Shown piece after piece: positions 16,477 through 23,317 of a DNA stretch of 24,000 nucleotides. Under the pieces are notes generated by a model. It ran no database searches. It was not told the DNA's origin and was given only the letters and a program-made list of their open reading frames with translations. Position 1 is the first letter of the stretch. Each line of letters starts with the position of its first letter. Position numbers and translations under genes: made by a program. Origin of the DNA: an uncultured Candidatus Izemoplasmatales bacterium (GTDB taxonomy: Bacteria > Bacillota_I > Bacilli_A > Izemoplasmatales > Izemoplasmataceae); NCBI GenBank assembly GCA_964477825.1, contig CAYZEW010000003.1, positions 28,715 through 52,714 of the forward strand. Direction: 5' to 3'.

Positions 16477-17544
16477 TTAAGGTTTAACACTATCTCTTAA
16501 TGTTGTTAATTCTTCAGTTGTCATTCCAACTGCAGATCCAACAGTAATTGCTCCTGAAATAATATCTGCTTCCATTTGGTCAATAAGCGCTTGTTGATCA
16601 GCAGTTAAATGTGATTTATACATATCGTTTTTGATTAGTCCAACTGCAGGAATACCTAAATATTCAACTGTTCCACCTGGCCATTCACCATCTAAATATT
16701 TTTGAACAGCTTCTAACATAACAACATCAATTGCTTTGATCATTGAAGTTACGATTACGTCAGCTTTATCTTGATCTACTCCATCAAATAATGCAAATTG
16801 GTCACTATCTACACCAATTGCTAATTTTCCAGTTTCAACAGCAGCATCAATTTGCCCAAGTCCTGCTCCACCAGCAACGTTATATCCAATATCTACACCA
16901 TTATTATATTGAGCTAACGCCATTTCTTTACCTTTAGCAGAATCATTAAAGTTACCAATATAAGAAATTGCAACTTTAATATCAGGATTAACTGCTTGTG
17001 CACCTTGAATGTATCCTACTAAGAAATCATTGATACCAGTGATATCCATACCACCTAAGAATCCAATAGTTCCAGTTTCAGAAACCATAGCTGCAACTGC
17101 ACCAGCTAAATAAGAACCTTCTTGAGGTTTAAATACTGCTGCATATGAGTTAGATAAATCATAGTCATCAAAGTTTAAGCCCGTATCAATAACTAAGAAT
17201 TTTTGATTTGGATATTGAGGTGCAACTTCTTCGATATATTGTTGCATTCCCCATGTAATTGTAAAGATTAAATCGTATCCTTCATCAGCTGCATCATATA
17301 ATGATGGTAAGAAGTTAGTTTCATCTCTACCGATTTCACGAACTGTTACTTCGATTTGATCTCCATATTGTTCTTCAATCTTTTCAGCTCCAACACCAGC
17401 TGCGTCTAAATAAGACTTGTCTCCTAATGTTCCAGGAATAATTAAGATCAATCTTATTTTGTCTGTTGTATCATCTGATTTACCACATGCTGATAATGAA
17501 AGGGTAAATAATACTGCAAGTAAAGCTACTAATAATTTTTTCAT
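16477..17544 (-). CDS. BMP-family (PnrA/Med/NupN-like) nucleoside-binding lipoprotein
   Basis: Signal peptide with lipobox TLSLSACG. BMP-type periplasmic-binding fold sequence (GTLGDKSYLDAA..., GFLGGMDITGINDF, VTSMIKAID). RBS AGAGGAGGA. It is the first gene of the ABC block. Confidence 0.8.
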   Translation of the reverse strand: MKKLLVALLAVLFTLSLSACGKSDDTTDKIRLILIIPGTLGDKSYLDAAGVGAEKIEEQYGDQIEVTVREIGRDETNFLPSLYDAADEGYDLIFTITWGMQQYIEEVAPQYPNQKFLVIDTGLNFDDYDLSNSYAAVFKPQEGSYLAGAVAAMVSETGTIGFLGGMDITGINDFLVGYIQGAQAVNPDIKVAISYIGNFNDSAKGKEMALAQYNNGVDIGYNVAGGAGLGQIDAAVETGKLAIGVDSDQFALFDGVDQDKADVIVTSMIKAIDVVMLEAVQKYLDGEWPGGTVEYLGIPAVGLIKNDMYKSHLTADQQALIDQMEADIISGAITVGSAVGMTTEELTTLRDSVKP

Positions 17545-17571
17545 AATTCTAAATCCTCCTCTTTTTCTTTT

Positions 17572-18723
17572 TTATTTTTTTATTTTAATCAACCTAAGTT
17601 TCTTGTTGAGAAAAAATAACACAATTAAAACAATCCCTACTTCAATTAATACATATCTAAACATTGGCTTAATTCCAATATTTTCAGCTAATATTCCCGT
17701 AACAGATGTTGTAATAGCTGCTGCTAAGCTGAAATAGAGTGCACTTGAAATACTTTGTCCTAAGTTTTTAACATTTTCATCGCAGATGATTACGAATAAT
17801 TTCTTTGCTCCCATTAAGAAATTTACGAATATTCCAGAATAGATTAATCCTGATAAAATAATATAAATATAATCATTAGTAAATAAAATAATAAAAATAT
17901 CAACTAATAAAAGTAATGTAGCGATTAATAAATAACCATAAGGATGTACTTTATTCATATATTTGTTAATAATACTGTAATAGATCATTTCTGAAACTCC
18001 AGCTAAAGCGATAAATATTCCAATATGGAAAACCGTTCCCCCATAATTTTGAATTAAGATATTAGAATTAACAAAGACTGTATACATTCCAAAAACAATA
18101 AAGGAAACCAATAAGATGTTTAAGAAAAACTTAACACTTAATAAGCCTTTTAAATCACTAAAATCTAATTTTTTATCTTCTCTACTCTCTGAATTACCCA
18201 TTTTATAAATATCTATCAATAAGATAGATGCACTAATAACGTAAAATAACGGCATATAACTGTATCCTAATATCTCAAATAACTTACCAACAAAAATAGT
18301 GCTTATTGATTTCCCTAAAGACGAAAAGATTAAGATACTTGCATAATTATCATGAGTTTCTTTACTTTCAAACAAAACCCAACTATCAATCGTTGAATAA
18401 ATCGATTGAATTGAAAATCCCATAATCATTGCAATAATGATAAACACTACATAACTAGTTGAAAAGAATAACAATGATATTCCTAACATACTAAGAAAAA
18501 TTTGAATTAACATCACTTGTCTCGGTGATAAAAATTTATCTGATAAATAGCCATTTAGGAATTGTCCTAAAACTGCGGATATCATATTAACTGATAATAT
18601 TAATCCAATTTTTGATTCCGAAACTCCTTGGCTGTTTAAAAGAGCAATGATAAACCCTTGATAAATCATAAAAGTAAAAGTGAATACTAAGTAAGCTCTT
18701 TTAAATGTATTTATTGTGTTCAT
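17572..18723 (-). CDS. MFS transporter (12-TM type, substrate unknown)
   Basis: 383-aa hydrophobic protein. The N-terminal pattern FxxxG...LxxxGxSxxxIGxxxS...GxxxDK is shared by LacY/NupG/HcaT-like MFS families. RBS AGGAACGAGGA. It lies 27 nt upstream of the BMP gene and 66 nt downstream of the activase. Confidence 0.7.
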   Translation of the reverse strand: MNTINTFKRAYLVFTFTFMIYQGFIIALLNSQGVSESKIGLILSVNMISAVLGQFLNGYLSDKFLSPRQVMLIQIFLSMLGISLLFFSTSYVVFIIIAMIMGFSIQSIYSTIDSWVLFESKETHDNYASILIFSSLGKSISTIFVGKLFEILGYSYMPLFYVISASILLIDIYKMGNSESREDKKLDFSDLKGLLSVKFFLNILLVSFIVFGMYTVFVNSNILIQNYGGTVFHIGIFIALAGVSEMIYYSIINKYMNKVHPYGYLLIATLLLLVDIFIILFTNDYIYIILSGLIYSGIFVNFLMGAKKLFVIICDENVKNLGQSISSALYFSLAAAITTSVTGILAENIGIKPMFRYVLIEVGIVLIVLFFLNKKLRLIKIKK

Positions 18724-18789
18724 AGAATCCTCGTTCCTATCACTTTACAAAGCCCAATACCTCGTAGCTATGAATTTTTGATAACCTAT

Positions 18790-19638
18790 TTATATAATTT
18801 CTACTGTTTTAGCTCCGTATTTAAGGGCTAGTTGTTTTAATGATTCCATCCTGTCTATTGTCGGGATGTTTTTTTGAACACTGGCTTTTTTAGAATCAAT
18901 CACTCCATGAGTTCTAACTCTAATCAATTTGTAAAGGACATCGTAGCCTTTGATTGCTTTAGCCGTTTCAATAACTGTTTTTTCAACATCAATATAATTT
19001 TCAATAATAACCGTTCTAACTTCATAAACTTTATCCATCTTAAGTAACTTTTTTAAATTTTCAATAACATCTTCATTAACACTAACTCCTAATAACCGTT
19101 CAAAATTACTAACAGTTTTAATATCAACCATAAATTTATCAGTTACTTCAATTAGATCTTTCATCTCATCAACATTAGTAAACCCATTAGTATCAATAAA
19201 ACAAGTTAAGCCCATTTCCTTAACTAATGGGAAAAGTTTTACTAAAAAGGCTTTTTGTAACGTTGCTTCTCCGCCTGATATTGTAATTCCTCTAGCAAAT
19301 ACTTTATAATTGCTAATTTTCTTAACTAAATCTTCAAGAGAATAATATGCTGTCTTTGGTGATGATGATATCTCACAAATATCAACACATTGATTACAAT
19401 CGATACAAATATCAATATCATATGTAACTAAACCATCCTTCATCCCTAATGCTCCAGTGGGACAACCTGGCACACATTTTCCACAATGAATACACTCAGC
19501 AATTGTTTCAGGATTATGACAATATACACAGCCAACATTACAAGTTTGTGTGAAGATGGCAATTCTATTTCCTGGACCATCAACAATCGAAAACGGTAAA
19601 AATTTATTTACATATAGGAAGTTTGGATTATTTTCCAT
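18790..19638 (-). CDS. yjjW: Glycyl-radical enzyme activating protein, YjjW type
   Basis: DGPGNRIAIFTQTCNVGCVYCHNPE (radical-SAM CX3CX2C). Two ferredoxin-like cluster motifs, CIHCGKCVPGCP and CIDCNQCVDICE. SAM-binding ISGGEATL. The start (ATG 19638 or TTG 19641) overlaps the yjjI stop by 11-14 nt. Confidence 0.85.
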   Translation of the reverse strand: MENNPNFLYVNKFLPFSIVDGPGNRIAIFTQTCNVGCVYCHNPETIAECIHCGKCVPGCPTGALGMKDGLVTYDIDICIDCNQCVDICEISSSPKTAYYSLEDLVKKISNYKVFARGITISGGEATLQKAFLVKLFPLVKEMGLTCFIDTNGFTNVDEMKDLIEVTDKFMVDIKTVSNFERLLGVSVNEDVIENLKKLLKMDKVYEVRTVIIENYIDVEKTVIETAKAIKGYDVLYKLIRVRTHGVIDSKKASVQKNIPTIDRMESLKQLALKYGAKTVEII

Positions 19639-21160
19639 CAACTCGCACTTTTCGATCTAAAATATTTGCAATATCATCAGCTCCGCTTCCACAGAATGCT
19701 GTGTCACGCATTACTGCTTCACCGTTTTTATATTTTTCTAATTCACTTCTTTTAGCTAAATATCCAGTAACCCTTACTAATTCTTGGTTATCCATATAAA
19801 TTGTAAAGAAACGATAATCTAAAGCGATTAATCCCTTAATAACATCAGAGATTGCTTCTGGTTTATTTTCATATGTTTGATCAAAAGAGAAAACATCTCC
19901 TGTTCCTGCTTTAAAGAATTTTTGGAATTTACCTGAATGATTCATATGATCTGCTAAATCAGGTTCTTGACCAATTTTAATTCTATGTCCTGGTGTATTT
20001 CGGTAATCTTCATCACTAATGTCAGCTCCAACTTGGCCGTGAAGGAAATATTTATTATTTGTTCCTTCACAATAAACACCTTCATGAGCTTCAACCATAT
20101 CGTAATGAAGTTGCATTAAGGCCATTCCAATTTCATCTCCACGTTTACTTTTTCCAAATGTTTCATCTAATCCTTCAAGTTCTAAGAAATGATTTACTGC
20201 ATCCGCAAGGCCAACCATTCCAGCCATTCCTGTGAAGTTTTCTCGTTGAATAAAGCCTTCTTTTACTAACCAATGGGTTTTAAAAAAGGGTGCTTCTTCA
20301 ACCGTAAATCTAGTTTTCTTATCAATCATTGATAATTGTGATTTAATAACTTTAGGCATGACATCATTTAACATTTCATCTAGCGAATTACATGAAGCCG
20401 CTATTGTCCCATATCTTAATCTTGGTAATGAATACCCACCACCACCAAGTAAAAGGGTATTATAACAACTTACTACTGCATAATCGCCAATATCATCAAC
20501 ATACATTTTATCATTTGCAATTGATGGTTTTGCAGCAATTAAAGCACACTTTGCAGCTAAATCTAAAAACTCATCAGAAGTTTTATCTTTATCATATTTT
20601 AAAGTTAAGTTTGGAGTTGGATTCAGTAATTCCATTGATGCCTGTAAAATCATTCTTCCCGCTCTTGTATCTTCTGGTCCAATATCAGCATGACAAAATC
20701 CAGTTGGGATTGTTTTATCAATATGATTTAAAAATCTTTTAATTTTTGGATAATCTTCTTCTTCATTCGTAACAAACGGTTCAATTAATTTATCAATATG
20801 ACCAACAAACACTGGTAAAGTACCTACTGAAGGAACACTCTTATATAAAATAAGTAATCCATCTAGGACATCATCCATTGTTTTAGGAGGCTCTAATTCA
20901 AAATATTTCGAACCATTTTTAAGGAATACCTCATATCTTGGAACAATATATCTTGGTCTAAAGAAAGCGAATCCTTCTCCTAAATCACAAATAAAATCAT
21001 TTTCTAAGTATTTAATATCTTCATCTGTAAATCCTAACAACTCTTGGGGGTCAAATAATCTTTCTGATGCTAATGCTAAAGCAACAACCCGTTGTTGATA
21101 TGTTAGTTTTTCATCCTTTATCGTTTTCAGGACATCTTCTTTTTTAGTTACCAAACTCAT
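19628..21160 (-). CDS. yjjI: YjjI-family glycyl radical enzyme, substrate unknown
   Basis: About 510 aa. C-terminal glycyl-radical fingerprint NQELVRVTGYLAKR (RVxGY). The Gly codon is at 19763-19765, 45 residues from the C-terminus. It is coupled to a GRE activase. Size and pairing match E. coli YjjI/YjjW. The track start GTG 21181 is an extension. ATG 21158-21160 has AAGGAG 7 nt upstream. Confidence 0.8.
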   Translation of the reverse strand: MSLVTKKEDVLKTIKDEKLTYQQRVVALALASERLFDPQELLGFTDEDIKYLENDFICDLGEGFAFFRPRYIVPRYEVFLKNGSKYFELEPPKTMDDVLDGLLILYKSVPSVGTLPVFVGHIDKLIEPFVTNEEEDYPKIKRFLNHIDKTIPTGFCHADIGPEDTRAGRMILQASMELLNPTPNLTLKYDKDKTSDEFLDLAAKCALIAAKPSIANDKMYVDDIGDYAVVSCYNTLLLGGGGYSLPRLRYGTIAASCNSLDEMLNDVMPKVIKSQLSMIDKKTRFTVEEAPFFKTHWLVKEGFIQRENFTGMAGMVGLADAVNHFLELEGLDETFGKSKRGDEIGMALMQLHYDMVEAHEGVYCEGTNNKYFLHGQVGADISDEDYRNTPGHRIKIGQEPDLADHMNHSGKFQKFFKAGTGDVFSFDQTYENKPEAISDVIKGLIALDYRFFTIYMDNQELVRVTGYLAKRSELEKYKNGEAVMRDTAFCGSGADDIANILDRKVRVDGK

Positions 21161-21320
21161 AATCTCTCTCCTTAAACACACTTTTATCTTCTTTATCGTC
21201 TTAAAAAACGCTTACAATTTTAAATTTAAAATGCTCTTTTTCCTTTGCTTGCCAAATCACTGTGTCATCTAGTAATGTGAATACAATATTCAGTTTTTCC
21301 ATCACCTTACATCTACTTTC

Positions 21321-22025
21321 TTAAGCTAACTCTAAGGCGATTTTCATCATTTGCGTAAAGGCCTTTTGTCTTTCCTCTGCAGTTGTTTCTTTTTGAAGAA
21401 CGATATTATCTGATACTGTCAAAATACAAGCAGCTTGTTTTCCCAATACTTTTGCATTATGAAATAGGGCTGTAGCTTCCATTTCGGCAGCAATAATGTT
21501 ATATTTTTGAAACGTTTCTAATGTTCTGCTAAAGTCTTCTTGATAAAAAACGTCTCCTGAACTAGTTCTACCAACAACTAAATCGATAGCTAGTTTTTTA
21601 GCAATTTCAATTATTTCATTATTTAATTCTTTTGAAGGATAGGTAATCTTTTGTGATTCCCCACTCATTATTTCAACATATGATGAATCTGAATATGAAT
21701 CTTCAGTAAGAATCACTTGATATAAATCAAGTTCTTTTCTTGCTGCACCGCAAGAACCAACTCTAACAATCCTATCAACATCATAAAACTTAAATAATTC
21801 GTATGAATAAATTCCCATACTAGGCATTCCCATTCCAGACCCCATTACAGAAACAGCTTTTCCGTTGTATTTTCCAGTAAAACCTTTCATTCCACGAATA
21901 TTATTAAACTGAACAACATCATCTAAAAATGTTTTAGCAATGTACTCAGCTCTTAGTGGATCTCCAGGCATAATAACGTATTTTGCAATATCACCTTTTT
22001 TTGCTTCGTTATGTGGTGTTGCCAT
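21321..22025 (-). CDS. deoD: Purine nucleoside phosphorylase, DeoD type (paralogue 2)
   Basis: MATPHNEAKKGDIAKYVIMPGDPLRAEYIAKTFL..., VSVMGSGMGMPSMGIYSYEL, VRVGSCGA, EMEATALF and TVSDNI are near-collinear with E. coli DeoD. RBS AGGAGGG. It is the first gene after the operon promoter. Confidence 0.9.
   Translation of the reverse strand: MATPHNEAKKGDIAKYVIMPGDPLRAEYIAKTFLDDVVQFNNIRGMKGFTGKYNGKAVSVMGSGMGMPSMGIYSYELFKFYDVDRIVRVGSCGAARKELDLYQVILTEDSYSDSSYVEIMSGESQKITYPSKELNNEIIEIAKKLAIDLVVGRTSSGDVFYQEDFSRTLETFQKYNIIAAEMEATALFHNAKVLGKQAACILTVSDNIVLQKETTAEERQKAFTQMMKIALELA
21817..21848. repeat. 32-nt tract identical to 12696-12727 (inside deoD paralogue 2)
   Basis: ATACTAGGCATTCCCATTCCAGACCCCATTAC is identical in both paralogues. 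Confidence 0.9.
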
Positions 22026-22198
22026 ATTATTCCCTCCTAAAAGTTTTTATTTTAACCCCAAAAATCTGATTTCTAGATTATAAAAAAATAACCATCTTAA
22101 TCAATTAGACACTCCAAGGCCAACCTAACTGATAATGTCGTTAATTATCCCTATAAAATAAAACTTGTGTGGTATCATTACCATATATCCTTATTATA

Positions 22199-22227
22199 AT
22201 TTTACATTTTAGATAGCTTACTGTCAA
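22199..22227 (-). promoter_or_regulatory. Sigma-A promoter of the nucleoside/GRE operon
   Basis: Minus strand has TTGACA (22222-22227), a 17-nt spacer, then TAAAAT (22199-22204). The predicted TSS is about 165 nt upstream of the deoD ATG. Confidence 0.6.
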
Positions 22228-22316
22228 TATAATTTAAATTATTAGTTTATATAGTTTCTAATCAATCAAAAAAGCTAATAATCAAAATGTTAATTCTTTA
22301 AATTTTCTTAAAAGCT

Positions 22317-22325
22317 TGTTATACT
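22317..22325 (+). promoter_or_regulatory. Extended -10 element upstream of the esterase gene
   Basis: TGtTATACT lies 33 nt upstream of ATG 22358. No convincing -35 was found. Confidence 0.4.
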
Positions 22326-22357
22326 ATGATAAATTGAATAAATTAACAGGAGGAACT

Positions 22358-23242
22358 ATGAGAAATTTAAATAGCTTTAGAGAAAGTTTATTAAAAGCAA
22401 GATTAGCATATACTGGTGATCCTATCCCAATGCAAGCATCAAGAGACATAGTTTTTATGGAAGAATTTTATGAAATATCTGAAGGAGTAACTGTTAAAGA
22501 AAGTAAAATTGCTGGTATTGAAATTTTAGAAATTACGCCTAAAGACATTTCTTCAGATTATTATGTTATTTATATTCATGGTGGAGGTTATGTCACAGGT
22601 GACCCAGTTTCTGAAACTTCCTATCCAACTGAATTTATGAAACTCCTAGGTGCTAAAGGAATTTCTATCCGTTACCGTTTAGCGCCGGAAAACCCTTTCC
22701 CGGCTGCTTTAGATGACGTTATAAAAGTATATCAAGAAGTTATTAAAACCATTGCTCCTAGTAAAATAATTTTAATCGGCTCATCTGCAGGTGGCGGGTT
22801 AACCGTAACAACTTGCCTAAAATTAAAAGAACTTAATTTGCCACAGCCAAAAGCAATTGTCTTATTATCTCCTTGGCTTGATTTACTAGGGAAACTCCCC
22901 TCATACAAGAAAAATGCTGCAATTGATGCTTTACTTGATTATGATACAATCTCTGATACTGCCTATCTCTATGCAAAAAAGGATTTAGATAATCCATTAT
23001 TAAATCCGTTAACTGCTGATTTATCAGACTTCCCAATAACATTTTCACAAGTAGGAACTCATGAAATGTTAATTGATGATAGTATTTACCTAACCAAAAG
23101 ATTAACTGCCTATGGTGTTAAAAACAAACTTGATATTTGTCAAGGCGGATTTCATGCTTGGCAACTATTCAATAATCATATTAAAGAAAGCCAAGAATCT
23201 ATTGAAACTGCCGTTAAGTTCATTAAAGAATTAGCTTCTTAA
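22358..23242 (+). CDS. Alpha/beta hydrolase, hormone-sensitive-lipase-like (family IV) esterase
   Basis: Oxyanion-hole motif IHGGGY, nucleophile elbow GSSAGG, and distal Asp (LIDDS) and His (GGFHAW). The track start (TTG 22316) overlaps the promoter element. ATG 22358 has AGGAGG 5 nt upstream. Confidence 0.8.
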   Translation: MRNLNSFRESLLKARLAYTGDPIPMQASRDIVFMEEFYEISEGVTVKESKIAGIEILEITPKDISSDYYVIYIHGGGYVTGDPVSETSYPTEFMKLLGAKGISIRYRLAPENPFPAALDDVIKVYQEVIKTIAPSKIILIGSSAGGGLTVTTCLKLKELNLPQPKAIVLLSPWLDLLGKLPSYKKNAAIDALLDYDTISDTAYLYAKKDLDNPLLNPLTADLSDFPITFSQVGTHEMLIDDSIYLTKRLTAYGVKNKLDICQGGFHAWQLFNNHIKESQESIETAVKFIKELAS

Positions 23243-23271
23243 ATTATTAATTAAAAGTTAAAATACATTTT

Positions 23272-23317
23272 AAAAAAAAGGAATAACAGCTGAATTAACT
23301 ACTGTTATTCCTTTTTT
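23272..23317. terminator. Bidirectional intrinsic terminator
   Basis: Stem GGAATAACAG (23280-23289) / CTGTTATTCC (23302-23311) flanked by A8 and T6. The nucleoside hydrolase stop codon lies within the 3' arm. Confidence 0.75.

Noticed and set aside
21203-21216. cre-like (CcpA) operator TGTAAGCGTTTTTT in the deoD-yjjI spacer.
   Set aside because: It matches only the 5' part of TGWAANCGNTNWCA. The 3' WCA arm is replaced by TTT, so the required dyad symmetry is lost. It is mentioned only as a weak note in the spacer finding.
22130-22198. Possible purine (guanine/adenine/2'-dG) riboswitch in the deoD leader. The minus-strand RNA AUAAUAAGGAUAUAUGGUAAUGAUACCACACAAGUUUUAUUUUAUAGGG...GACAUUAUC superficially echoes UAUAAU...GGAUAUGG...CAAGUUUCUACC...GACUAUG of the xpt aptamer.
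   Set aside because: I cannot build the required 7-bp P2 and P3 helices. There is also no C-rich L3 loop to kiss the GG of the putative L2. The resemblance rests on AU-rich strings that are common in this genome. It is kept only as part of the generic 'structured leader' finding.
2120-23048. ORF-track entries nested in or antisense to stronger genes: 2120-2665(+), 3780-4004(-), 4131-4442(-), 5661-5900(-), 5984-6172(-), 8664-8939(+), 11139-11360(-), 13353-13670(+), 14582-14821(+), 16743-16937(+), 17417-17737(+), 20392-20742(+), 22833-23048(-).
   Set aside because: Each lies wholly inside, or nearly wholly inside, a longer ORF with clear family motifs. Their translations are low-complexity (runs of I/K/S/T or Q/H/L) and I saw no RBS. 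They look like shadow ORFs typical of AT-rich coding DNA.
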